Assembly: GCA_033551855.1 (NCBI GenBank)
Contig: JAWSUI010000006.1
Coordinates: 43,189 to 107,188, forward strand
Origin: Deferrisomatales bacterium
Lineage (GTDB): Bacteria; Desulfobacterota; Deferrisomatia; Deferrisomatales; JACRMM01
Direction: 5' to 3'
Length of the DNA stretch: 64,000 bases
Positions 1-9,900 of this stretch are shown piece by piece (within the stretch, counting starts at the first letter, position 1; each line of letters starts with the position of its first letter). A program made the translations under genes and the position numbers. The notes under the pieces are model-generated. The model was given only the letters and a program-made list of their open reading frames with translations, had not been told where the DNA came from and made no database searches.

Positions 1-704
1 AGCAGCTTGAGCCGCGGGAAGTGCGTCCCGCCCCAGAGCGCCACCAGCAGCGCGACCGCCACGTGGGAGCTCGGGAAGGCGGCGCCCGGGTTCTCTCCCT
101 TCTCATAGATGAAATCCACGATCCTTTCGAACAGACCGCTCCCATGAAAAACCAATCCCCTCTCCGCAAGCGGCCCCTCCACGGGGAGAAAGACGTACAC
201 GGCATAGCAGAGGTAGAAGAGCGCCGAGAGCTGGAAGACGAAGCGCTGGAAGAGCCCCGGGCCCTTGCGAAAGAGCAGGAGCGAGACGAAAACGATCGCG
301 GGGTAGTAGCTCAAGTAGGCGAAGTGAAAGAGCTCGTCGGCAAAGGGTCCGCGGAGCGCTTGTTGGAGATAGACCGCGGGGAAGGCGCCGAACACGGCGA
401 CGTCGGCCCGGAGGAAGATGGGGTCCAGGAACTCCGGGACGAGGATACGGTTGAGAAGCCCGGTCTGATAGTAGAGGAAGGTGTACAGCATCAGGGGATG
501 CCACAGGGAAAGGAGGCGGTAGAACCGCTCCGTCGGCCGGGATCGGCGCATCCAGCCGGACCAGAGGACGATCGCGATCACACCGGCGTTGAACGCGGCG
601 TGCGCGGGCGCAGCGGCCACTCGCCCCCAGGATGCGAGCACGAAGGCGAGCACGAACAGGTTGTAGCCGACGGTGAGGGCGTCGGTCGCGACGGCTAGAT
701 CCAC
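1..704 (-). CDS. PAP2-superfamily integral membrane protein (PAP2_3 / Aur1 inositol-phosphorylceramide-synthase-like); 3' end lies outside the window
   Basis: Not in the ORF track. Manual translation from GTG at 704, overlapping the upstream stop: VDLAVATDALTVGYNLFVLAF...FHFAYLSYY...YVFLPVEGP...GAAFPSSHVAVALLV. Multiple hydrophobic helices, a PxxGP motif and the AFPSxH motif. Confidence 0.8.
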   Translation of the reverse strand, partial: MDLAVATDALTVGYNLFVLAFVLASWGRVAAAPAHAAFNAGVIAIVLWSGWMRRSRPTERFYRLLSLWHPLMLYTFLYYQTGLLNRILVPEFLDPIFLRADVAVFGAFPAVYLQQALRGPFADELFHFAYLSYYPAIVFVSLLLFRKGPGLFQRFVFQLSALFYLCYAVYVFLPVEGPLAERGLVFHGSGLFERIVDFIYEKGENPGAAFPSSHVAVALLVALWGGTHFPRLKL

Positions 705-1675
705 CCGTTCTCCCGGTACCAGCCGAAGGTGGCCCGAAAGCCGCTCTCCAGGTCGACACGAGGCGCGAAGCCGAGCTCCTCCCGGATCCTCTCGTTCGAG
801 CAAACCCATCCCTCCTGAAGCGCCTCCCGCGCCTTTTGACTGTTCAGAAGAACCCCCTTTCGGGTGACGGCCGCGGCCAGATCGCCCACGAGCCCGGCGA
901 GCCGCAGCGCCGCAGCAGGGATGGGCACGACGCGTGCGCGACCCGCGAGGTCCCGCAGAATGGCAACCACCTCGCCGCTCGTATGGCTCTCGCCGTCCGA
1001 AACGAAGTACACCCGACCATCGGAGCGCTCGGAGAAGGCTGCCAGGGTCAGCGCCTCCACCAGGTCGGCGACGTGGAGGAGGGAGAGCTCGAGGGTCCCG
1101 CCCCCGAGCAGCGGCACGAACCCCCGCGCCGCCGCGCGGAAGTAGGCATACACGTCTCGGTCGAAAGGCCCGTAGACCACCGCCGGACGCACGACGGCCC
1201 AGGCCACGGCGCCGCAGTGACGGCGCAGGAGTTCCTCGCCGAGGAGCTTGCTCTCGCCGTAGTGCGTGATGGGTCGCGCCGCCTCCTCCTCCCGGGCAGG
1301 GCGGGCCGCGCGGTGGGGTCCCGCTACCGCCAGGGAGCTCACGTAGACGATCTTCCTCACTCTCGAGCCCCGCGCCGCGGCCACCTCGGCGAGCCTGCCC
1401 GTCCCCTCCCCGTTGGTCTCCAGAAATGCGGCGCGCGTCCTTGCTTTCGTGAGGCCCGCGAGGTGGAATACGAGCTCCGACTTCCCGAGCACGGCGCGGT
1501 AGGAACCGGGGACGAGCAGATCCCCGGCCACGGGGGCGAGCCCGGGCCAATCCGCCATCCACCGCGCCTGCCCCGGCTCCCGGACGAGGCAGGAGACCCG
1601 GTGGCCGAGCTGCGACAGCCGCGAGACCAGGTTCCGGCCGATGAACCCGGCGCCGCCGGTGACGAAGATGTCCAT
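695..1675 (-). CDS. NAD-dependent epimerase/dehydratase family (extended SDR); possible 3-oxo-lipid/ceramide reductase
   Basis: TGGAGFIG Rossmann motif, VFHLAG, YVSS, catalytic YGESK (YxxxK), RPAVVYGP. Confidence 0.88.
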   Translation of the reverse strand: MDIFVTGGAGFIGRNLVSRLSQLGHRVSCLVREPGQARWMADWPGLAPVAGDLLVPGSYRAVLGKSELVFHLAGLTKARTRAAFLETNGEGTGRLAEVAAARGSRVRKIVYVSSLAVAGPHRAARPAREEEAARPITHYGESKLLGEELLRRHCGAVAWAVVRPAVVYGPFDRDVYAYFRAAARGFVPLLGGGTLELSLLHVADLVEALTLAAFSERSDGRVYFVSDGESHTSGEVVAILRDLAGRARVVPIPAAALRLAGLVGDLAAAVTRKGVLLNSQKAREALQEGWVCSNERIREELGFAPRVDLESGFRATFGWYRENGWI

Positions 1676-1684
1676 GGGTGACGT

Positions 1685-3037
1685 CTAGGTCTTCTCTGCT
1701 TCGTGGAACGCCCTGGAAAAGGGTTGCGGGTTCCGCAGGCCTTTGAAATAACGGCTGCGGGTCGACAGATTGACCCCGGCGTAGGCCTTGCAACCCAGCA
1801 AGGTCCGCCTCCACGGGGTCATGCCCAGGAACCGCTTGGCCATGGCACCCCAGGAATAGGTCTGTTTGTTCAAGTCGATGAATCCGGAAACCAGATCGTC
1901 CACGGTCATGCCCCTCGGACGAAAGAGAACGGTGTCCGGGGGGTATCCGTGGAGCCACCAGTCTTTGGAAAACAATCTGTCTTCCTCCAAGAGACGACGG
2001 TAGAGCCGGGTTCCAGGATAGGGGGTCAGAATTCGAAGCTGGACCACGTCCATGTGCGACTTCATGATGAACTCGAAGGTCCTGTCAAATACATCCTTGT
2101 TCTCGTAGTCGAACCCGAACACGAACGAGCCGAGTATGCCGAAGCCCTCCCCGTGAAATCGGCGCATCGCCTCGTAGAAGTCGATCTTCAAGTTGCGTAT
2201 CTTCCGCACCTCATCCTGGGTCGTCTTCTGTACCGACTCGAAGCCGACCAGGAGTCCCAGGCACCCGGAACGCTTCATCAAGCCGAGCAGTTCGAGATCC
2301 TCGGCCAACGACGCGGTTCCCTGCGCCAGCCACCGCCGCCGCAGCGGGATCATCTCCGTAAAGAGCTCCTTCGCGGCATTCCGGTTCAATCCAAGAGCAT
2401 CGTCCACGAAGAAGAGGTGGGGGGATTCCATGGACTGAATTTCCGCAATCGCCTCTTGTGTCGATCGGAGTCGATACTGGCTTCCCAGGGTCTGCCCGAT
2501 GCAGCAAAACTCGCAGTCATTCGGGCACCCCCTCGATGTTTCGACTCCCACCGGTACGGGAACACCTCCCTGACGTCTTGGCTTTGGCAGTAGGTCCCTC
2601 CGCGGTGTCGGCAGGCTCTGCAAACTGGTCATTTCGCCGGACCGATAGAGCTTCCGCATGCGGCCGGCCGCCGCATCCGCCACGAGATGTGCCCAGACAC
2701 CCTCCGCCTCACCGACGACGACAGCGTCTGCATGCGCCAAGGCCTCATCAGGCAGAACCGTGGGGTGTATGCCTCCCATCACCACCTTCACGCCCTTCGC
2801 GCGATAGTCGTCCCCGATCCGGTAGGCTCTGAGGGCGAGCTCGGTCAGGACGGTGATGCCGACCAAGTCCACCTCTTGATCCATGTCGTCGGGTGAAAAC
2901 GCTTCTTCCACGATCGTTATCGTGTGACCGGGCGGCGTAAGGGCCGCCAGGAGAGGAAGATTCACCCTCTGTAGCTGGAAGGGGCTGGAAATGGCGTCCT
3001 CACGGTGTTCATGTGGGGCGATCAGTTTGATCTTCAA
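1685..3037 (-). CDS. Cobalamin-binding-domain radical SAM protein
   Basis: N-terminal B12-binding-like domain (DLVGIT...VVMGGIHPT...VVVGEAE), SRGCPNDCEFC (CxxxCxxC), FFVDD, GFES, LTPYPGT. Start re-placed at TTG 3037 behind a GGAGGAG RBS. Confidence 0.9.
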   Translation of the reverse strand: MKIKLIAPHEHREDAISSPFQLQRVNLPLLAALTPPGHTITIVEEAFSPDDMDQEVDLVGITVLTELALRAYRIGDDYRAKGVKVVMGGIHPTVLPDEALAHADAVVVGEAEGVWAHLVADAAAGRMRKLYRSGEMTSLQSLPTPRRDLLPKPRRQGGVPVPVGVETSRGCPNDCEFCCIGQTLGSQYRLRSTQEAIAEIQSMESPHLFFVDDALGLNRNAAKELFTEMIPLRRRWLAQGTASLAEDLELLGLMKRSGCLGLLVGFESVQKTTQDEVRKIRNLKIDFYEAMRRFHGEGFGILGSFVFGFDYENKDVFDRTFEFIMKSHMDVVQLRILTPYPGTRLYRRLLEEDRLFSKDWWLHGYPPDTVLFRPRGMTVDDLVSGFIDLNKQTYSWGAMAKRFLGMTPWRRTLLGCKAYAGVNLSTRSRYFKGLRNPQPFSRAFHEAEKT

Positions 3038-3041
3038 AGAC

Positions 3042-4151
3042 TCACTCCTCCCATCGGGTGGCGATGATGCCCAGGATGAAGATTGCGCCCGCAAAGGCTC
3101 CGATGACCGCGGCGTCACGCAGCGCCGCCATGTTGTCCTCATATACCATCGATGCTCGCAGTCCCTCGTTCACGTAATACAGGGGCAGGAATTTCGCGAG
3201 CGTCGGGAGGAAGCCCGGCATCAGGTCGATGGGGAAGAAGCTCCCCGAGAGGAACATCATGGGAAAACTGATGGCGTTCGCCGCGGCAGCGGCGCTCTGC
3301 GCCTCCTTGACGAAACGGGTGAGGATCATGCCGATCCCGACGAACGCGAAGACGTTGAGCAAGACGAACCCAGGAAGCCAGGCGTTGATCCGCAGGTGGA
3401 CAGGAAACACGGCGTAGCTCACCAGCAGCATCGCCGTCGTGGAGAGGAGGGCGAGGAAGAAGTGGTAGAGGATGTCCGAAAGCAGCCACTCGCTGCGGGT
3501 GATGGGCGTCGTGCAGAGCTTGCGGATGATGCCCTTCTGTCGCAGTTCCGTGTTCAGATACACCGTGCCGAACAGGCTCAGGGTCATCACCGTCATCGCA
3601 ATGATGCCGGGAATGAAGAACTCCATGAACTGGTACTTCTTGGTGAGGATCGACTGCTCCACCGACTGGATGAAAGGCGGAGTCCCGGAGATTTCCAGGT
3701 TTGCTGCGGCCAGCAACCCGTTCAGTATCTTCATCTTCGTGGATACGGAGGGGGAGCCGGGATCGTATATGTAAGTGATCGCGACGGGTGCTTCAAAGTC
3801 TTTACTTTCCATCCTCTGCGTGAGGAGCACTTCGAAACCCTTCGGAATCACGAGGACGAGGTCGATCTTGTGGTCCGTGAGGTACTGCGCCGCGTCGACG
3901 GCCGGGTCGATCGTCGTGGTCTGGAACGTCCCCTTCTTGCCCAGGACCTCGATGGACTCTGCGGACGCCTTCGACTGGTCGAGGTCCTGCACGTAGAGGC
4001 GGAAGCTCACGTCGTCCTGGCCCGCGAAGATGGTGCCGAACACGAGGATCAGGATGATCGGGAACGCCGCCGTGTAGAGCAGGGTGGTCTTCTCGCGGTA
4101 GACGCTCATCAGTTTCACGTAGAGCGTTGCGCCGACGGCGCCCGGGTTCAT
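3042..4151 (-). CDS. ABC-2 type exporter permease
   Basis: N-terminal TM helix, extracytoplasmic domain, then FIPGIIAM, ELRQKGIIRKL..TP and MFLSGSFFPIDLMP motifs; follows the ABC ATPase. Confidence 0.9.
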   Translation of the reverse strand: MNPGAVGATLYVKLMSVYREKTTLLYTAAFPIILILVFGTIFAGQDDVSFRLYVQDLDQSKASAESIEVLGKKGTFQTTTIDPAVDAAQYLTDHKIDLVLVIPKGFEVLLTQRMESKDFEAPVAITYIYDPGSPSVSTKMKILNGLLAAANLEISGTPPFIQSVEQSILTKKYQFMEFFIPGIIAMTVMTLSLFGTVYLNTELRQKGIIRKLCTTPITRSEWLLSDILYHFFLALLSTTAMLLVSYAVFPVHLRINAWLPGFVLLNVFAFVGIGMILTRFVKEAQSAAAAANAISFPMMFLSGSFFPIDLMPGFLPTLAKFLPLYYVNEGLRASMVYEDNMAALRDAAVIGAFAGAIFILGIIATRWEE

Positions 4152-5110
4152 GCCGACCCCTCTTCCCCGACGCGGCGGTTGTGGAGCGTCTCTCCCGTGA
4201 GCTTCAGGAAGACCTCCTCGAGGTTTGGCTTTCGAACGTCCAAGCCAAGATACGACGCGCCGGCACCCTTCAGTGCTGCCAGAATCTGCTGCACGTCTTC
4301 CATGTGTTGGACCCTGACCTTGAGCCTATGGGTGTTGTCTGGAATCGGCTCGAAGCTGAGATCTCGCACGACGGCGCCGGCCCTCTCGTCCGTCGCTTGC
4401 AGGGTGAGGATCAGGTAGTTCGCATTAGCTTCGATGAGCTCCGCTGGAGAGCCCCTGGCAATGATCGTGCCGTTCGAGAGGATCGCCACCGTGTCCGCCA
4501 GGCTCTCCGCTTCCTCCATATAGTGCGTGGTGAGAAATACCGTTTTCCCCTTCTTCTTCAGGCCGAGCAGGACCTCCCACACGTCGCGCCTGGAGCGGGG
4601 GTCGAGCCCCGCGGTCGGCTCGTCGAGAAACACGACCTCGGGATCGTTCACGAGCGCGATGGCGATGCCGAGGCGCTGCTGCAAGCCGCCGGAGAGGTTC
4701 TTGTACTGTTCCTTGCTCTTGTGTCCGAGGTTCACCAGCGCGATCAGCCCGTCCACGTCGCCGTCGCCGCGCCGGAAGAGCCGCGAGTAGTACTGGACGG
4801 TCTCCCGGACCGTGAGCAGGTCGAACGACGTGAACCCCTGGGGGAGGACGCCGATGCGGGGGACGATGTCGTGCTTCCTCGAGACGTCCAGGCCCAGAAC
4901 GCGCACGCTCCCCGACGTGGGCCTGCGGATCGTGTCGAGGATCTCGACGGTCGTGGTCTTTCCTGCGCCATTCGGGCCCAGCAGGGCGAATACCTCGCCC
5001 TTCCTGACGGCGAACGAGACGTCGTTGACCGCTCGCAAGGCGCCGTAACGCTTCGTCAGTCTTTCGACTTCGATGGCGTTTTCCGTTTCTCGCACCCGGA
5101 ACGAGCTCAT
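4148..5110 (-). CDS. ABC exporter ATP-binding protein
   Basis: Walker A GPNGAGKTT, signature LSGG, Walker B VFLDEPTAGLD, H-loop TTH. Confidence 0.95.
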   Translation of the reverse strand: MSSFRVRETENAIEVERLTKRYGALRAVNDVSFAVRKGEVFALLGPNGAGKTTTVEILDTIRRPTSGSVRVLGLDVSRKHDIVPRIGVLPQGFTSFDLLTVRETVQYYSRLFRRGDGDVDGLIALVNLGHKSKEQYKNLSGGLQQRLGIAIALVNDPEVVFLDEPTAGLDPRSRRDVWEVLLGLKKKGKTVFLTTHYMEEAESLADTVAILSNGTIIARGSPAELIEANANYLILTLQATDERAGAVVRDLSFEPIPDNTHRLKVRVQHMEDVQQILAALKGAGASYLGLDVRKPNLEEVFLKLTGETLHNRRVGEEGSA

Positions 5111-6243
5111 TTCGAGGCTGCGTCGGGGGAGACGGGGGGACCGAGCCCGAGGGTTCGGAACATCTTCTCGACGACCGCCGGCTGTTCGAAGAGAAAACGG
5201 TCGAGCCCCGGCCGGCGGTGCTTGAGCAGGAGAAAGCTGGGGACGGGCTTGGCGCCCAGGTGCGCTTTGGTGTTCTGGGCGCCCTGGCCTGCATGGTAGA
5301 GGGGAATCTTGTGCTCTACGCAGTAGCGGATGTTCTCGAGCCAGGACAGGAAGTAGAGGTTGTGCTGCCGGCCGGCCGCATAGTCCATGCAGAAGTACTT
5401 ATCCACAAGCATTTCTTCCCTTGCAACGAGCAGATTGAAGGCGGCAAGCTCTTCCTGTACGAAATAGAGAGCGTACTCGGCCCCCGGAACCCTTTCACAG
5501 ATCTTCTCGAAGAACAGGCGGTTGAGCAGACCCGCTGCCATCGGGACGCGCTCCACCGTTGCCAGATAGAGTCCGTAGATTCTGTCGAGATATGGAGAAA
5601 TATCGCGGTTTCGCGTTACCGTGACCTCGGAAGAGGCGCGCATTTTGCGGCGAAGGTCTTTTCTGGCAGCGCTCGAAAGGAGTCCAAAGTAGTCCTCCAT
5701 GCTGTCGAAAGGAATCGGCAATTTGCCGCCGGGCACCCAGGGTAGTCGGTGGAACCCGCGCAACCCTTCCCCTGAGAGCTCGACCGTATGATTGAAGTTG
5801 TAGAACGTCACGAGGTCGCTCTTTCGTTCAGTGGCGAGCATTTGCAGCGAATCGAGCGCCAGTCTCCATGCCGCTGCGAGGGTTGTTGCATCCAAGGGAC
5901 GGGCAATTCCGATTTCGCTCCATCCCCCTTCCAGCAACCCAACGCCCAACACTCGCGGATGGAAGACCGAGGGAAAGAGTCGGACCGCCCCTCGGAGCGA
6001 CCTGCGCAGCCACCCCCCCGCGAGGGTGGATACATCGAGGCGGCACTCGAACAAGGGCAACAAGAGGATCGGGGCATCCCCCTGGAACACCACGATGCTC
6101 CGCAGGTGAAAACCGGGGACACCCGATTCTTGCAGGAGGGACAGGAGGGGGGCCGTGCTGGAAGGCGGCGGGAAGAGGCGCTCCAGCTCCTGCGCCGACA
6201 CCCCGTCCAACCGGGGCACGCACGTGCACGTGAGGTCGTTCAT
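5107..6243 (-). CDS. GNAT-fold (FemAB/DUF482-like) acyl/aminoacyl-transferase family protein
   Basis: Start re-placed at ATG 6243, overlapping the PPTase stop. Motifs PFDSMEDYFGLLSSAARKDLRRK, DKYFCMDY, HNLYF, YHAGQGA...KAHLG resemble Fem-like double GNATs. Confidence 0.75.
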   Translation of the reverse strand: MNDLTCTCVPRLDGVSAQELERLFPPPSSTAPLLSLLQESGVPGFHLRSIVVFQGDAPILLLPLFECRLDVSTLAGGWLRRSLRGAVRLFPSVFHPRVLGVGLLEGGWSEIGIARPLDATTLAAAWRLALDSLQMLATERKSDLVTFYNFNHTVELSGEGLRGFHRLPWVPGGKLPIPFDSMEDYFGLLSSAARKDLRRKMRASSEVTVTRNRDISPYLDRIYGLYLATVERVPMAAGLLNRLFFEKICERVPGAEYALYFVQEELAAFNLLVAREEMLVDKYFCMDYAAGRQHNLYFLSWLENIRYCVEHKIPLYHAGQGAQNTKAHLGAKPVPSFLLLKHRRPGLDRFLFEQPAVVEKMFRTLGLGPPVSPDAASK

Positions 6244-6995
6244 GCTTGCCGCAGCAAGAGGGCGAGGGAGAGCCACGTATTCCCCTTCGGGAACGCCCGT
6301 ACCGTTAGGGGCCGCTCGGCGGCCCGCGGGAGCCGACGGAGGGCCTTGCCGGACAGGTCGACGGGAAAAGCGTGCCCGGCGTCGTCTCCCACCCCCGGGG
6401 CAATGGTGATGTGCAGGGGATCCGCACCATGGAATCCGCACCCCAAGGCCTTGACGACGGCTTCCTTGATCGACCAGAGGAGCGCTGCGGCCCTTCCCAG
6501 GTCCCCACCCGCCGACCGCAAGGCATGGTGCAGCTCTTCGTCGTGGAAGACCCGGCGAAAGGGGTAGGTTCCGGGGAACTCGTCGCTTCCCGCGACGTCG
6601 ATGCCGACCTCGGCCCCTTCTGCGCAGAGAGCGGCCCAGAGCGAACCTGCGCCCTCGCTGAAGGAGATGCTCGAACCGTGCCCCTCTCCCGCCAGGAGAT
6701 GGGGCCTGCCCAGCGCGTCGTGCACGAGCTGAATCCCGGAAGGGTCGTCCCGGGAGGACCGGGCGCGCGGCTCCGGAGGATTCTCCCGCCCCCAAAGATG
6801 GGCCCAGAGGATGGTGGCGAGGCGGCGCTGGGCTTCCGCACGGCGGGTGGGTGGGGCGGTGGAACCGGGAGAGCCGGAGGAGTCCCCTGGCGCCGAGGCA
6901 AAGAAGACGGCGCCCGCCCCGGGAGCGAGCCGCACGGATCGAACCACGATCTCCTGGCGGACTGGTGCCGCGGCCTCCCGTTCGAACGGCGTCAA
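6240..6995 (-). CDS. 4'-phosphopantetheinyl transferase (Sfp/ACPS superfamily)
   Basis: TTG at 6995 overlaps the PKS TGA (TTGA). Motifs HDALGRP, ISFS, VGIDVA, WSIKEAVVKALG.G. Confidence 0.85.
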   Translation of the reverse strand: MTPFEREAAAPVRQEIVVRSVRLAPGAGAVFFASAPGDSSGSPGSTAPPTRRAEAQRRLATILWAHLWGRENPPEPRARSSRDDPSGIQLVHDALGRPHLLAGEGHGSSISFSEGAGSLWAALCAEGAEVGIDVAGSDEFPGTYPFRRVFHDEELHHALRSAGGDLGRAAALLWSIKEAVVKALGCGFHGADPLHITIAPGVGDDAGHAFPVDLSGKALRRLPRAAERPLTVRAFPKGNTWLSLALLLRQA

Positions 6996-9900
6996 GGCGA
7001 AGCCCGTTGCAGGCGCAGGGTTCGAACCTGCATGAGCGTGTGCCCCTGGGCATCGACCCCCCGGGCATCCCAGGTGAGGGAGTCCTCGGCCGGCGCCCGC
7101 AGACGTGCCTCCAGGGTGATCGGCTCGCCCGGCCGGCACAGGCGCGGGAAGCGCATCTCTCCGATCCCCACGGGCAGCATCGAGCGCCGATCCTGTGGGT
7201 CCATGGCCGGCCCGTGGAAGCCGGCCAACTGCATGAGGGCCTCGAGCAGGTACGGAGAGTATTGGTAGCAGGCGGCTGGCAGTTGCGCGAAATCGCCGGT
7301 CTCCCGGTAGACGGTTCGGCCCCGCACCGTCCTTGGACCGGCGCCGTCCAGCACCTCCAGCACACGATACCTGCCTTGGAGCCCGGTGCGGCGCTCGTAC
7401 CACTGGAGCAGCTCACCGTGGGGGACGGGCGGAGTCCGCAGCTCTTCCGGGCGGACGGGAAAATCCTGGAGCCACTCGGCGAGCTCCGCAGGCCCGCCGC
7501 CGAGGACCACCTGGCCCGTGCAGTACGGGGTGAAGCGCTCGTCCAACCGCCGCGTGGGCAACCGCCCCGTGGGGGAGAGCTCTTGTGCGGACAGGGAGAC
7601 CTCGCACACGACCGCTCCAGGTTCGGCGCCCACGCGGCGGCAGGAGATGCGGGCCGGCCGGGACACCCCGGCGGGGCAGGAGATCGTGTCCAGGAAGCGC
7701 ACCTGGCGCACGCCCCGCACCGGGAGGTGGGGATAGAGGATGCGGGCGGCTTCCAGGAAGGTCTCGACCATCATGGCGGCGGAAACCAGGGGATGCGCGA
7801 GAGACTTCAGCGGCCGGTGATCCGCGAGCCAGAGGTCGTGCGCGTCGAAAAAGGTTCTGGTGGCCTCCAGGTGTCCCCGGCGGAGGTCCAGGCGGGAGAT
7901 GCCGTCGATCAGGGGGAAGTCCCGGTCGCTCAAGGCCACGGGTCCGCCGTCGAGCCGCCCGCGCAGGGGAGGCCGGCCGAAATCGCCCAGCGGCGCCGCC
8001 TTCACGGCCGGCAGGGCCCGCAAGAACAGGACCCGAACGTCCTCGGCCGGGGCGACGAAGAGCTCCCGGCAGAACAGGGCGACGAGCTCCTGGACGTGGA
8101 TGTACGCGACGCCTCGGCGCCGGAGCGCGTGCCGGACCTCCGGGTCCTCGGCCATGCCCGTTCCCTCGATCGGGGGCAGCATCAACGCCTTGAAGTGGAT
8201 GGCGGGGTTCTTGGCGCGCAGGTAGGGGAGCAGTGCCGACATCATGCGGTTGGCGGCAGCGTAGTTTGTCTGGCCGGGGTTTCCCTGGATCGCCGCCACG
8301 GAGGAGAGGCCCACGAAGAACCGCAAGCCCGCCCCCGCCGCCGCCGTGAACAGATTCCAGGCGCCCAGGAACTTGACGTCTGCGACGAGGGAGAGCTCCT
8401 CCGGGGTCAGGTCGGCGAGGAGGCCGTCCCGGAGGACGCCGGCGCCGTGGATGATGCCGTCGATCCGGCCGAAGCGTTCCACCACCTCGCCCAGGGCAGC
8501 GCGAACCGCCTCGGGATCGGTGACGTCGCAGGTCAGGTAGGTGGCCTCGATCCCGGAGGCCCGCAAGTCTGCCAGGGTCTGGGCGATCTCCCGGGCGTGG
8601 GAACCCTCGGGGGCCGATGGAGGAGACGAAGACCCGGGGCGACTCTCCAGGGGACGGGGGCCCGGCCCCGGCCCCGGGGGTGTCCTGCCCAGAAGGACCA
8701 GGCGGGGCGCGAAGGGCGCCAGCCCGCGTGCCAGGCGAGCGCCGATCCCCGAGGCGCCGCCGGACAGGATGACCACGTCGCCCGGGCTCAACTCCAGACT
8801 CGGCGCACCGCCGAAGACCGCGGGGACCGCCTGGGCCCGCGAGGTGAGGAGCCCGCCCTCCCGATGGACCAGCTCCACCGCCGGGCAGCCCCGGTCCAGG
8901 GCGGCGCGCAGCGCCGGGGGCAGATCGGTGTCCCGATCGACTTCCAGCGTGCGAAACTGGGTCGAGGGCTGTTCCTGGGCGGCGCTCAGAAACAGTCCGA
9001 GCAAGCCCTCCGCCAGCAGCCGACCCGGCGTGTCGGGCTCCTCTCGGGTATCATGGATCAGCACGACGAACTTGCGGGCCGGCGGCTGGAGGAAGGCCTG
9101 GACGAGCTGGAAGAGCCCCGCGAGCAGCCGCGCAACCTCGGCCATGTCGGCCAACCCTTGCGGCCGGCCTCGAGGCAGGGTGATGACCAGGCCCGCGCGG
9201 GAGGCGAGGCCCGCGATGCGCTCCGAGAGCCGGGCGACGCCCGCGGCGGTCCGCAGGTCGGGCCCCTCTTCGCCCGGCCCCCCGTGCTCCGGCAGGTAGG
9301 GCAGGGGAACCGTCTCGACGCCGGTGCCCTTGCGGAGGAGCTCGTCCGCGCTCCTGGCCAGCGCGTCCTCCCGATCCGGCGAGAGGAGTACGACGGCATC
9401 GCCGGGGCTCAGGGCCAGGGGTGCCGAAGCGGCCGGCTCCACGGGGGCGAGAGTGAAGACGCAGCGCTTCAAACAGGCGTCCTCCACCCCGTTTGCCCGA
9501 TCCCCCTCTTCCGGCCCCGGCTCCGGCACCGCGCCCGGAGCCGCACCGGGGTCGGCCGCCCGGGCTGCGGGCCCCTCCCCGGGGCCACCTTGGCGGCCGA
9601 TGATCTCGGAGATCCTGTCGGCAATGTCCTGCACCGTGCGGACCTCGATGAAGTCCTCCAACTCGATGGTGATCCCGAACAGGCGTTCCGCGGCATCCAT
9701 GATGATGGGCAGACGGCTGGAGCGGATGGAGAGGTCCCTGCGGAGATCCATCTCGGGCTGGATTTCCTCCCGGGTGTATCCCGTCGCATCCATGATGATG
9801 CGAATGAGCCTCTCCATGAGGCCCTGCGCCTCCGGTGCCTCGGCGGGGAGAGGGGCCGCCGGCTCCGGAATCGCCGGCGCCACGTCGAGAGGCGGGGCTG

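Noticed and set aside
6244..7416. N-terminal extensions of ORFs 5107..7416 and 6240..7403, suggesting fusions or a frameshift
   Set aside because: The extensions overlap the PPTase/PKS in other frames; coupled starts at 6243 and 6995 explain the genes without a frameshift.
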